Shown here one piece after another: positions 35,305-45,054 of a stretch of 64,000 nt of DNA. This stretch comes from a virus, in the IMG/VR virus record IMGVR_UViG_3300037245_003526, positions 24,297-88,296 of that record; one strand, 5' to 3'. Under the pieces are notes generated by a model. It made no database searches. It saw only the letters and a list, made by a program, of their open reading frames with translations, and was not told the DNA's origin. Both the position numbers and the translations under genes were made by a program. How positions within the stretch are numbered: the stretch's first letter is position 1; every line of letters starts with the position of its first letter.

Positions 35305-37088
35305 TCTCCTTTCAATAGTTTTCTTTTTTCATTTGAGTCAGTAAAAAGTTTTATAATTTTATTTAAATCCTTAGTAAAAGTAACTGGTATTAATCGTCTT
35401 GTATTATCAATTAATACTTTTTTCAATTGATTAGGATTAAGTTCTCCCAATCCTTTTGCCCTTATAAGTTTTCTATTTTCAGATTTAGCTTTACTTACTT
35501 CCTCTTCAGTCCATAATGGTATAAAATTATTTTTTTCATTTATAGCATATAATGGAGTCTGAGCATAGAAGTAATGTCCTGATTTAATAACTTCAGGAAC
35601 TAATACAGCAAGAGCTAATGTTAGAAGACAAAATATATGTAATCCATCTTCATCAGCATCAGTTGCACATATGATTTTTGAATACTTGAGGCTTCTCAAA
35701 TCAAAATTAGGTCCATAACCAGTACCAAGAGACATTATCAATTCTAAAATTTCCTTATTTTTTAATATCTCTTTTTTAGTAGCAGCACTAGGAATCTTTC
35801 CCCTTAAAGGAAGAATTGCATGCTTTCTTGGATCTCTACAATCAACCAAACCACCAGATGCTGATTCACCCTCTGCTATAAAAAGTTCTCCTAACTTAGA
35901 TGTACAATCTCGTAATTTAGTAAACTTAGTTGATGCTCTTCCATTAGTTTTCGGTTTAATTTTTTTAGCATCCATCTTTTGTCTATAATCATGAAATTGT
36001 TGAAGCAATTCATGTAAATGTTCCTTATGCTTCACAAAATATACATCTAATTGTTTTCTCAAACTCTTATTAAAATGCTCAAAATAAGTTTTTCTATTAG
36101 TAAGTTTACTCTTTGTTTGCCCTCCAAATCTTGGTTCTTTTAAACTAAGCATTAAATATGCTCGTAATCCAACTAATGTATCTGTAGGTTGAAAGTTATA
36201 CTCAAGTTTTTTACCTTTTTCAACAAATAAATCTCTTAAAATTTCATAGAGAATATTTATATGAGTTCCGCCATCATCGACAGGTAATAAATTTACTGAA
36301 GATAAAGATTTAGGTGTTACTGATCCAGTCTTTACATATGTTAAAATTACATTAAATTCTTCTGGTGATTTAGAAGTCTTAAAATATGCAACCTTTCCAA
36401 ATTCCTCACTATTTGATATACACGAACTTTTAAAATAATCCATTAGTGATAGTTTCAAAACTTCTTTTTCACCATCAACATTTAAAATAAATGATATATT
36501 TTGTGATAATTCTGCAGAAGCAATTGTGAGACGTCTTTTTATCCTATTAATATCAGGAATTAAAGTCTCAAAATATTTTTTACTTGGTTTGAATTTAATC
36601 ATAGTTGAAAATGGTTTTTTATCTGTAAATGGGGTTATCATATTTCTTTTTAATTTAGAATGTTCAAATTCCCATATACCTCGCTTACCTTCTCTATAGA
36701 CTTCAACAATATAAAAATCACTTAGTGCTGTTAATGTAACAAGACCAACTCCATGAAGTCCAGAGCTTATTTCATATGCTGTTTTACTCCCTCTGAATTT
36801 TGCTCCTGAATGTAACTTGGTTGATATTAATTTGGGAACATTATCAGTTAAGGGAATCCCGCGCCCATTGTCTATAATAGAGAAAACATTATTTTTAGTA
36901 TCAATGTTTACAGCTATTATAGACACATTTCCTGTTTGAGCTTCATCCAATGCATTATCTAATGCTTCTTCAATTAGATGAGTTGGATTCTCAGTACTAC
37001 CTATATACTGATCGGGATTCACCTGAACTGATTCAATATCAGAAAGAGTTTTAATGTCTTTAGCATTATACTCTTTTTCTGTTATCAT
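35292..37088 (-). CDS. Type II topoisomerase ATPase/TOPRIM subunit (GyrB/ParE-like, T4 gp39-like).
   Basis: GHKL motifs EALDNALDE and IIDNGRGIP, then LHGVGL, the TOPRIM motifs EGESASG and ATDADEDG. Confidence 0.8.
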   Translation of the reverse strand: MITEKEYNAKDIKTLSDIESVQVNPDQYIGSTENPTHLIEEALDNALDEAQTGNVSIIAVNIDTKNNVFSIIDNGRGIPLTDNVPKLISTKLHSGAKFRGSKTAYEISSGLHGVGLVTLTALSDFYIVEVYREGKRGIWEFEHSKLKRNMITPFTDKKPFSTMIKFKPSKKYFETLIPDINRIKRRLTIASAELSQNISFILNVDGEKEVLKLSLMDYFKSSCISNSEEFGKVAYFKTSKSPEEFNVILTYVKTGSVTPKSLSSVNLLPVDDGGTHINILYEILRDLFVEKGKKLEYNFQPTDTLVGLRAYLMLSLKEPRFGGQTKSKLTNRKTYFEHFNKSLRKQLDVYFVKHKEHLHELLQQFHDYRQKMDAKKIKPKTNGRASTKFTKLRDCTSKLGELFIAEGESASGGLVDCRDPRKHAILPLRGKIPSAATKKEILKNKEILELIMSLGTGYGPNFDLRSLKYSKIICATDADEDGLHIFCLLTLALAVLVPEVIKSGHYFYAQTPLYAINEKNNFIPLWTEEEVSKAKSENRKLIRAKGLGELNPNQLKKVLIDNTRRLIPVTFTKDLNKIIKLFTDSNEKRKLLKGEWVI

Positions 37089-37510
37089 AATATTCCTTAC
37101 TAAACCATATAAGATCTTGTGCTTTTTTTATAATTACTTTGATTCCATATTTACGAACCAAATAACCAGCAATAAAACATCCAACTCCATAAATAATTAC
37201 AAATTCCATTTTTAAAAACCCCCTTTCTTTTATTTATAAAGAACTTTATTATAAAGTTTCTTACCTTTATCAAAAAGTTTCTTACCTTCTTCAAAAATTA
37301 CAGATAATTTTCCTTCTTTATAAAGATAAAATACTATAATCCCTGAAAGAATTCCTGCAAAATACCCCATAATAAAATCTCCTTTCTTTTTTTTAGTCCA
37401 ATAATTTTACAATAACTTTCATAAGACCAATAATTTTACCAGTTTTAATCAAGTAGAATAATCCAATAATTACTAATATTGTGATTATTGTTGACATAAT
37501 AATCTCCTTT

Positions 37511-37738
37511 CTACCCTCTCGCTCTAATTTTGTTATAATCTCTATGGTAATCGCTATTACATCCTTGTTTAATAGACCATACAGTAAATCTATTTCTTAG
37601 ATATACGAGACCACAATTTTTACATACCATCCACGGTATACCTTTTATCGTGGCTGGTGAATGTTTTTCAAATGTATATTTAACTTCAGTTGAGATATCA
37701 GAAAAATCTACAGTTTTCCAAACACCTCCTTTTCCCAT
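37511..37738 (-). CDS. Small Cys-containing protein.
   Basis: 75 aa with CKNCG...C. Confidence 0.3.
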   Translation of the reverse strand: MGKGGVWKTVDFSDISTEVKYTFEKHSPATIKGIPWMVCKNCGLVYLRNRFTVWSIKQGCNSDYHRDYNKIRARG

Positions 37739-37750
37739 TTCCTTTCCTTT

Positions 37751-39049
37751 CTAGCCATCTATTCTGACTACATATCCAGTTTTATTAACATTATCTGCTG
37801 TACCACCTTTTTGAATAACATAAATGATTTTCTTGGGTAAATATTTTTTTGGCATACCATTTATATTATCAGTATATCCATCTGTAAAACATAATACAAC
37901 ATCAGGATTAAGTTTTTTACATCTCTCAAGAGCAGGTGCTAATACTGTACCTCCTCGTCCTTTTACCTCAAAATCAATATCTTTAACTTTTTTAACTTGA
38001 TATTCTTTCTGAATTACTGTATCTATTTCCATAACTGTTAACTTACAAAATCTATCACCTTCAATAACATTTCTGACACCTGATAAACCTTCTTTAATAT
38101 CATCAGGTGACATACTACCAGATACATCAATTACTACAATAATATCAAAAGTTAAATCTCGAGCACGACCAGGAAATGGACTTATAGCGGGAAGATTACT
38201 ATTTTCACCAATCATAAATGTATAAGTCCTTTTTCTACTTACTTTAGCAAATGCTCTCTTGAATTTACTATATCTTGATGCCTTTACTAATTTTCGAATG
38301 ATCATAAAATATGGAGCTTTTGGTGGTCTAAGAGCTTTATCAATAAGTTCCCTGATATATGCTGGAAGATCACCTCTTCCTCTTTCAAAATTCTTTAAAG
38401 AATCCTTTATAAGATCTTGAATATAATTATCTACTGATCTTGATAAAGCACTAACATCACCAGACTGTTTAGTTATGTTCTTCCATTCAGAATGGTCATC
38501 CATAGATTTACCTACACTTTTTAAACCTTCCGCGCATTCACCTCCCCCATTTTTCTTATTTTTTTCATCTTGTTTTAATAACTCTTTAAAATAGAATTCA
38601 GTCGGTTTATTATCCGGTAACTTATACATCTTTGGATGAAGAACTGGCCAATCCTTTCCATCAATTTTAAGAGTTTTTGGTAAATCTATTAAATGGTTTA
38701 CAGAACAATCAGCAGCTATATTCCAAATAATAGCTTTTCGCATTTTTTGCATATCACTTACTTCATTTGAAAGTATTCGTAATAGTCTTGAAATATGTTT
38801 ATTCAAAACATGCATACCTTCATGTTCAATTATTTGCTTTAAAACACTATCCTCTGTGCCCATTAAAAGTTTAGGGTGAAAAACCAAAGTTATAGTTCCA
38901 TTGATATTTGGTTTAACTCCCATTATAGAAGGGATTGATTCACTTTCTTCCCTTCTAATTCTACTAAAAAGATAACCCCAGTAACTACTCTTCAAAGTCA
39001 TCTTTGCTACCAGATTTTTCAACCTTTCATCAGGAGTTATATTTTTCAT
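37751..39049 (-). CDS. vWA-domain protein with an N-terminal HExxH metallopeptidase-like motif.
   Basis: HEGMHVLNKH (HExxH) and the MIDAS motif DIIVVIDVSGSMSPDD (DxSxS). Confidence 0.6.
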   Translation of the reverse strand: MKNITPDERLKNLVAKMTLKSSYWGYLFSRIRREESESIPSIMGVKPNINGTITLVFHPKLLMGTEDSVLKQIIEHEGMHVLNKHISRLLRILSNEVSDMQKMRKAIIWNIAADCSVNHLIDLPKTLKIDGKDWPVLHPKMYKLPDNKPTEFYFKELLKQDEKNKKNGGGECAEGLKSVGKSMDDHSEWKNITKQSGDVSALSRSVDNYIQDLIKDSLKNFERGRGDLPAYIRELIDKALRPPKAPYFMIIRKLVKASRYSKFKRAFAKVSRKRTYTFMIGENSNLPAISPFPGRARDLTFDIIVVIDVSGSMSPDDIKEGLSGVRNVIEGDRFCKLTVMEIDTVIQKEYQVKKVKDIDFEVKGRGGTVLAPALERCKKLNPDVVLCFTDGYTDNINGMPKKYLPKKIIYVIQKGGTADNVNKTGYVVRIDG

Positions 39050-39054
39050 ACATT

Positions 39055-40266
39055 CTAATCCCCTTTCCCTTGTTTTACCATTACTTCATAAAACAAGGTT
39101 TTATAATCCGGAAATTCCTTATTCATTTGGACATGTAATTCTGCTATATATTTGAATTCAGGACCTGTTCTACTGAAATTATCAATGGCCGTTACAAATA
39201 TAGCTGCTGTATCCAATGGAATATCTATCAAAAACTGTGAAACGTTCTTCTTATTACTCTTTTGGTATTGTGGACGAGAAGTTGACATATATGTTAAGAA
39301 GCTCGTCATAATATTTCCAAGAGATGCATTATCTTTTTCCTTAACAAATTTGAGAATTCTTGGTCGAACCTCTTTATAACTCTCAAAGATTTCTCTTGGA
39401 TTGATATCTTTATTTTCCCTGAGAAATTCCATAAACATTCTTGCCTTACCAGTATTCAATAATCCAGATGCTAAAATTTGAATAGAATCAAAATTATTTT
39501 CTACTTTCCCATTAAGATCATATTTAATAAGTTGATATGATAATTTTTCATAACTTGCTGGATTTGCAAAAACCATCCCTTGCTTTTGTGCCTCAAAATC
39601 ATATAAATAATCAGGATGAGTTTGAATAAACTCAATTATTGTTTGATGAAACTTGTTTTTTATTGCATGATTCAAAAAGTCAGGTACACTTACTTCAGTA
39701 TAAAAATGAAGCTGCCTTCTTAGACCAGCTGCGTCCTCCATAGTATCCATAGTATATTCAGATGTGTCCGGGTTATCTATGGTTACCACATACCAGTGTT
39801 TTGGAAAGTCCATAAGATGAATTTTATATTCATTTTGAACCTGCCATAATAGCTGTTGAAGAGTATGATCTCCTCTGGAAAATTCATCTATTACGAATAA
39901 ACCATGTGAATCTTGATCATCAGGAACAAAATTTGAATAAAGCATTTCAAACTTCTTTCCGTCAACAGGAAAAGGAATTATAAAATCATCTCTTGAAAGA
40001 ACTGGAGCCTTAACCATTATCATATTAAATTTGATATCAAGCTCTTCAGTTAATTCATCCACTATCTGTTGACATATAGCAGTCTTACCAACTCCAGCAG
40101 GACCGATAATATGAAAACATTGTCTTTCTATATCTACCCCTTTTTCCCACGCATTTTCAGTAAGTTTGATATCCTCTTTTATGAGAGTTTTAATTTTAGA
40201 AATACTTAATACTGAAATATTAAGTTGCTCAAAATATTCCAACTGGGTTTCTTCTTTATCCGCCAT
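39055..40266 (-). CDS. MoxR-like AAA+ ATPase, the partner of the vWA protein.
   Basis: Walker A GPAGVGKT and Walker B LFVIDEF. It is adjacent and co-directional with the vWA gene, as in MoxR-VWA pairs. Confidence 0.55.
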   Translation of the reverse strand: MADKEETQLEYFEQLNISVLSISKIKTLIKEDIKLTENAWEKGVDIERQCFHIIGPAGVGKTAICQQIVDELTEELDIKFNMIMVKAPVLSRDDFIIPFPVDGKKFEMLYSNFVPDDQDSHGLFVIDEFSRGDHTLQQLLWQVQNEYKIHLMDFPKHWYVVTIDNPDTSEYTMDTMEDAAGLRRQLHFYTEVSVPDFLNHAIKNKFHQTIIEFIQTHPDYLYDFEAQKQGMVFANPASYEKLSYQLIKYDLNGKVENNFDSIQILASGLLNTGKARMFMEFLRENKDINPREIFESYKEVRPRILKFVKEKDNASLGNIMTSFLTYMSTSRPQYQKSNKKNVSQFLIDIPLDTAAIFVTAIDNFSRTGPEFKYIAELHVQMNKEFPDYKTLFYEVMVKQGKGD

Positions 40267-40267
40267 T

Positions 40268-40585
40268 TCAATCCCCTTTCTTAGTAAATGTATCTTTCAA
40301 TTTTATAAAATAATTAACCAATGTTCCTACTAAAGGTTTTCCATTTGGAATTGTTGCATTTTTAACTTCAACTATTTCGTCAATAAATTGACTATAATCT
40401 GATACTTTCATTTTTCTTGCTTCAAGAGTACTAGTAAAAATATTCATCTTTCTCTCAGATGGTTCAAATAAATTTCTTTTCTTTGTCAAAGATTTGAAAT
40501 ATGGTAAGGCGTCTTGACACATCTGAGTACACATCATTCCAACAATACATTCATCGCAAGGACATTCAGATTTGTCCATAAACAC
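40268..40585 (-). CDS. Cys-rich small protein.
   Basis: CPCDECIVGMMCTQMC in 105 aa. Confidence 0.35.
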   Translation of the reverse strand: MFMDKSECPCDECIVGMMCTQMCQDALPYFKSLTKKRNLFEPSERKMNIFTSTLEARKMKVSDYSQFIDEIVEVKNATIPNGKPLVGTLVNYFIKLKDTFTKKGD

Positions 40586-40597
40586 CTCTCAATCAAC

Positions 40598-40639
40598 ATT
40601 AAAAAATGGACTTGCAACAATATTATTGCAAGTCCATTT
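40598..40639 (-). terminator. Rho-independent terminator-like hairpin for minus-strand transcription.
   Basis: A 14-bp perfect stem (AAATGGACTTGCAA / TTGCAAGTCCATTT) with an 8-nt loop. On the minus strand it is followed by UUUUUUAAUG. It lies about 30 nt downstream of the coiled-coil gene stop. Confidence 0.45.
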
Positions 40640-40667
40640 ATAATATTAATAGTGCTTAATATCTTAC

Positions 40668-41705
40668 TTATTTACTTTTTCCGCTTGTTTCCATCATACT
40701 TTTCATCTTATCAAACATTTCGCTATTCTGAGCACCCTTTACAGTTTCGCCGGCAAGTTCTTTAAGCTCTTTATATGCAGAATCAAGCTTTGTAGTCAGA
40801 GTAGTTTCCTTCTCTTTAGCATCTACTAATAACTGAGTTAAATTTTCCTTATCTGCTGTGAGTTTAGCAATCACAGTTTCTTTTTCAAGCTGATAAAATT
40901 TCTTCTCAGTTTCAAATTGCTTGGTTGCTATTCCTGCTGCCTTACCAACTGCTGCCTTTTCTGCTGACTTTACAGTTTCAGGAATTAAATCAATTATTGT
41001 CTGTTGTTCTTGAGCATCTTTCTTTTCTTTATTGAAGTCAGCCATTTCCTCGGAAAACAATTTCTGAGTAGCTTCAAGTTCATCATACAACTTCGCGACA
41101 GCTTCTTTATGAGCTCTTATCTTAATTTCAAGCTCATCAGAAAGTTCATTTGTTTTCTGAAGTCTTTTTCGTTCAAATTCATAATCTAACTCAGAAACTT
41201 TCTTTCGATTTTCAACTGTTGCTTCTTTTTGAGTTTCCATTAAATCTTTTCTTACCTCAGAAATTCTTACCTCGAATTGCTTAATTTCCTCATTTTTGGA
41301 AATACGTAATTCTTCTTTCTGTAATTCATGTGCATCAAGTAAAGCAGCAAGGGAAAATGCACTCTTTTCAATACCAAATAACTCCTTTAATTCATCTTCC
41401 TTCAGTTTTATAGCCTCAACTAAAGTAGTGTATTTGGTATGAGCTTCCTCGGTACTTGTTTTGAATGTTTCAAGATGTAACATAAGACCATCTACTGATA
41501 CAACTCCATTACCATCCACGCTGTCCAGAACTTCCCTTTTCTTTTCACTCTGTTTAATTGCATCGGCATTCATAAGGACCTGACCTTTCTCTGACAATTT
41601 TTCTGTAGCTTCTTTATAAGCTGCCCAAATTTTATCTTTTGTACTCTTGTAAGAAACATTACCTGTACTTTTCTCTGTCATTTTTCGATCTCCTTTATTA
41701 TTCAT
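40668..41705 (-). CDS. Long coiled-coil protein (scaffold-like or structural). The real start is probably at 41681.
   Basis: K/E-rich heptad-like sequence throughout. The second Met (MTEKST) is preceded by AAAGGAGA with an 8-nt spacer. The first Met has no ribosome-binding site. Confidence 0.4.
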   Translation of the reverse strand: MNNKGDRKMTEKSTGNVSYKSTKDKIWAAYKEATEKLSEKGQVLMNADAIKQSEKKREVLDSVDGNGVVSVDGLMLHLETFKTSTEEAHTKYTTLVEAIKLKEDELKELFGIEKSAFSLAALLDAHELQKEELRISKNEEIKQFEVRISEVRKDLMETQKEATVENRKKVSELDYEFERKRLQKTNELSDELEIKIRAHKEAVAKLYDELEATQKLFSEEMADFNKEKKDAQEQQTIIDLIPETVKSAEKAAVGKAAGIATKQFETEKKFYQLEKETVIAKLTADKENLTQLLVDAKEKETTLTTKLDSAYKELKELAGETVKGAQNSEMFDKMKSMMETSGKSK

Positions 41706-41763
41706 TGTTTCGTTAGTTAAGGGGTAGAACCATTTCTACCCCTTTTTAAAAAATCAGTTTTTT

Positions 41764-42681
41764 CTAGAACTGAATATTTTCAAAGTCAAAATTAGTATCA
41801 ACTACTTGCTGAGTTTTTGCTGATTCACTTGTTTCGCTTGCTGCTTCCTTCTCAACAGAAGGTTTTGTATCAGGAATCTTATTTTCATCTGGTACAGATG
41901 CTTGAGAATAACCTGTTGCAACTTCCTTTGACCAATCAATTTTTTCACCGAATTTTTCCTGAGTTTCTTTTGCAATTCGTAAAACATCCATTACGACTTT
42001 TTTCGGTAATTTTCCTTGTGCTTCAAATGTGAAAACATCTTTCTCCCCATGTGCTGATTGAGCTTTACCCATTCCTACATGAGTAATAAATCTTTTGTTA
42101 TTAACAGTTGCTTTTTCAAAAGATTTGGATTTTTCAGTTACTGGTTCAAAAATTGGATCTAAATCCATATGAAACATATCACTAAGATATTGTGAAACAT
42201 TATTGTACTTTGTTCCTTTTCCCCTTAAAAATATAAAAATAGGTTTATCATCTTTAAGAACAGGGTTACCGGATTCATCACAATAGATTCCTCCAATAAT
42301 AATTTGCTCTCTACAATCTTTACAAAAATCACTTGCTGCTCTTTCCCCTGAATTGGTTCCGCATTGACGATCATTGTATCCAAACCATGGTGGTTGTGGA
42401 GTCTTTTTAAAACTGAAGCAATCAGTTTTCTGTCTTCCAGCAACTGTTACTGATTTCATCAGTATTTTCTTTACATGTGTTACAATGATATTAACACTAT
42501 CAAGATTATATTCAACACCACGAACTTGAAGTTTTCCAGCAAGTTCCTCTAAATCAGCATGATTCTTTCTTGTTTTACCAGCAATATAAATGCTATGAAA
42601 AAACTCATCTTCTGGTGCAACTGGTTGTTGATCTACATATCCTGTTTCTCCCAATCCTGCATAATCTTCATAACTAGTCAT
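41764..42681 (-). CDS. Hypothetical protein with a Cys cluster and an acidic C-terminal tail.
   Basis: CGTNSGERAASDFCKDC, and a C-terminus ...VVDTNFDFENIQF that resembles SSB-like acidic tails. This is speculative. Confidence 0.35.
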   Translation of the reverse strand: MTSYEDYAGLGETGYVDQQPVAPEDEFFHSIYIAGKTRKNHADLEELAGKLQVRGVEYNLDSVNIIVTHVKKILMKSVTVAGRQKTDCFSFKKTPQPPWFGYNDRQCGTNSGERAASDFCKDCREQIIIGGIYCDESGNPVLKDDKPIFIFLRGKGTKYNNVSQYLSDMFHMDLDPIFEPVTEKSKSFEKATVNNKRFITHVGMGKAQSAHGEKDVFTFEAQGKLPKKVVMDVLRIAKETQEKFGEKIDWSKEVATGYSQASVPDENKIPDTKPSVEKEAASETSESAKTQQVVDTNFDFENIQF

Positions 42682-42694
42682 CTAAGACCTCCTT

Positions 42695-43291
42695 TTACTT
42701 ATTTGTTATTAAACACCAATTACTATTATTTCTATCATCTGGAATAGTAACTATACTAAATTCATTATTAAACCAGCATTTCATATTTCGATCCATTAAC
42801 TCGCTTGATAATATTTTTCTGACATTCTTATATTTAGGAAGTTCAGTAACAGAAGGATCTTCAATAGTTATAGGAATTACCTTTCTAACTTTTTCTTCTG
42901 AAATATCACCCATTATTAATTTAGTATGCGGACAATATACAATTACTAATCTATTTCCAACCATTCTGAAAATTTCATTTTTATAAAAGTATGTATTTGT
43001 ATCAAGATCAAATACTACAGAATCCGTACTAAGAACACGTTTAATTGAAGTATGTTGTCTACAAAGAATATTTAAATTCTTTTTTGATATACAAATTTCA
43101 CAATCACTGGGATCGGCTTTATAATTTATACCGTTTGTTTCAAAATCTTCGTCAGCTGCTCTCTTAAAATAATACATAATTTTACGTTTATTCAACATAA
43201 ACTTTATGATAGCTATCGGAAAGACCTTATTATCTAATTTCTCAACAAACTTTTCAGTCGATACAATATTTGTTAACTTCATTTTAAACAT
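42695..43291 (-). CDS. Hypothetical protein.
   Basis: 198-aa ORF. Confidence 0.35.
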   Translation of the reverse strand: MFKMKLTNIVSTEKFVEKLDNKVFPIAIIKFMLNKRKIMYYFKRAADEDFETNGINYKADPSDCEICISKKNLNILCRQHTSIKRVLSTDSVVFDLDTNTYFYKNEIFRMVGNRLVIVYCPHTKLIMGDISEEKVRKVIPITIEDPSVTELPKYKNVRKILSSELMDRNMKCWFNNEFSIVTIPDDRNNSNWCLITNK

Positions 43292-43350
43292 ATCCTCCTT
43301 TAAAAATAAATCTAAACGAAAAACGACAAAAAGGGAAACCTCGTACCTAT

Positions 43351-43428
43351 CCGACTTAGGTCTGTTGGATATGTACTAGTTTCTCAATATATGAGATAAC
43401 TAGCACATATCCAACAGACCTAAGTCGG
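43351..43428. repeat. 78-bp near-perfect palindrome (long inverted repeat).
   Basis: CCGACTTAGGTCTGTTGGATATGTACTAGTT-TCTCA-ATATA-TGAGA-TAACTAGCACATATCCAACAGACCTAAGTCGG. There is about 1 mismatch in roughly 36 bp of arms, and the inner part is itself palindromic. Confidence 0.7.
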
Positions 43429-43736
43429 TTAAAATAATGTGGAGGTAATCTATCGTAAGAAAAAGATATGGATAAAGGAATCAAATTGTCCTTTATGGGT
43501 ATCTTTTTATTAAATAATTAAACTTTTATACCATACTTTTTGATTTTGTCTTTGATTATAGATGGTAACTCAATTTGTAACGTTTTTGCTAATTCGACTT
43601 TTTGCTGAAGTGTGGCTCGTCTTATTGCAGCCAGCAGTTGTCGATTTAGCTTTTGAATCGCAATTTTTATAGCACTTTTCTCTGACATTTCACTCACATT
43701 CCCTTAACGAATCCAGCTTGATTATCATCAGTGCAT

Positions 43737-44000
43737 TTATTTGTCTATATCCCCCCCTTCCGTCATAAGTCCTAAGATTTCTTTAGCAAGATTTTGAACA
43801 CCCTTACCAAACATTTTAAAACGTCCCTTTGCCAATTTCCAACAAAAATTAATCATAGAAATTGGGTTAGAAAATATAGTATCAATATGATTATGAAGTA
43901 ACTTAGTTAAGTCTTCATCAAGCTCTTCAAGCTCTTCAAGCTCATTCTGATCTATTTTTTCTTCCTTAATATCCTGATTTAATTTGTTTCCCATAAACAA
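43737..44000 (-). CDS. Hypothetical small protein.
   Basis: 87-aa ORF preceded by a 170-bp AT-rich intergenic region that contains a TATATATATATAG tract. Confidence 0.3.
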   Translation of the reverse strand: MFMGNKLNQDIKEEKIDQNELEELEELDEDLTKLLHNHIDTIFSNPISMINFCWKLAKGRFKMFGKGVQNLAKEILGLMTEGGDIDK

Positions 44001-44170
44001 TTCTCCTTAGTTCAACGGTATGTACTTTATCCTATTTTTTATGTAATTGGAAAAAATACATTATATATGTTTCCTTCTTCTTGATTTAATATTTGTGTCT
44101 ATGTGTTTTTTGTGTGAAACTCTTTCTCTTGTATATTTATATATATAGTTTATTGAGTTTATATAATATT

Positions 44171-44467
44171 TTATTCTGCTATTACTAATACTGGTTGAGC
44201 GGGATTATCAAGGTCATAAACTAAATTATGATCCTGAAATTTCCTATCTGCTACTGACATTCTATTTTTCATACCAGATGACATATACTGATTTTCATAA
44301 AAAAATGAACAACCATTTTTAAAATCAAATGATATTCCATCTGGAGTTTCAACTACTTCTTTTACAAATGCTCTATCAATAACAATGTTTAATTCAATAC
44401 TCTTTTTCTTGATTGTTAATGTTTTATTAGATAATTTTACTTTTGCTTCTTTATTCGCTTTTATCAT
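44171..44467 (-). CDS. Hypothetical small protein.
   Basis: 98-aa ORF. Confidence 0.3.
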   Translation of the reverse strand: MIKANKEAKVKLSNKTLTIKKKSIELNIVIDRAFVKEVVETPDGISFDFKNGCSFFYENQYMSSGMKNRMSVADRKFQDHNLVYDLDNPAQPVLVIAE

Positions 44468-45053
44468 AATTAACTCCTTCTATCATTCTTAATACAATTA
44501 ACATTCTAAATTTTTCAGTGATTTCATAGAACCATTTAATGATCCCGTCTTTATAATATGTTCTCAAGAAAAAAGTAATTAACTCATTTAAATCCCTGGA
44601 TTCTATCTGATCTTCAATTTCAGAGATAACTTTCATAGAATTATTTTCACAATATTTAACTACATCTAGACCCCGTAATTCTACTTTTAAGAACTTCCAA
44701 ACATCACTTAAAAAACTAATACAATCATAATTAATGAACTCTAAAAACTCATATAGATCATTCATAATAAGTTGATTATTAAATTCTGGTCTTGGAGTGA
44801 ATTCAAACTCATATAGTTCATCAATTTTTTCTAAAATTTTAATACAAGCAGCTTTTTGATTAGGAATGGGTAATCCTTTTACTATCCATATATTATTTGA
44901 ATAAATTTCCTTGAATTCTGGGGTTCCTATACTATCAACAAGCTCCAAAATATCATATTGGTTTGATGCTTCTTCTTGATTACCTACTAAATCCTCATCA
45001 TCCATTTCTAAAGGACTTATAGAAGAACCCATCAAAATTTTTAAATTATTCAT
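44451..45053 (-). CDS. Hypothetical protein.
   Basis: 200-aa ORF directly downstream of RNAP beta set 2. Confidence 0.35.
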   Translation of the reverse strand: MNNLKILMGSSISPLEMDDEDLVGNQEEASNQYDILELVDSIGTPEFKEIYSNNIWIVKGLPIPNQKAACIKILEKIDELYEFEFTPRPEFNNQLIMNDLYEFLEFINYDCISFLSDVWKFLKVELRGLDVVKYCENNSMKVISEIEDQIESRDLNELITFFLRTYYKDGIIKWFYEITEKFRMLIVLRMIEGVNYDKSE

Positions 45054-45054
45054 T

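Noticed and set aside
41718-41740. The GGGGTAGAA/TTCTACCCC hairpin as a minus-strand intrinsic terminator.
   Set aside because: The U-tract lies on the 5' side for minus-strand transcripts. It would only terminate plus-strand transcription, and no plus-strand genes exist here.
43351-43428. The long palindrome as a CRISPR repeat or a mobile-element terminal inverted repeat.
   Set aside because: It is a single copy with no spacer-repeat periodicity and no flanking transposase or integrase, and the arms are contiguous rather than separated by cargo.
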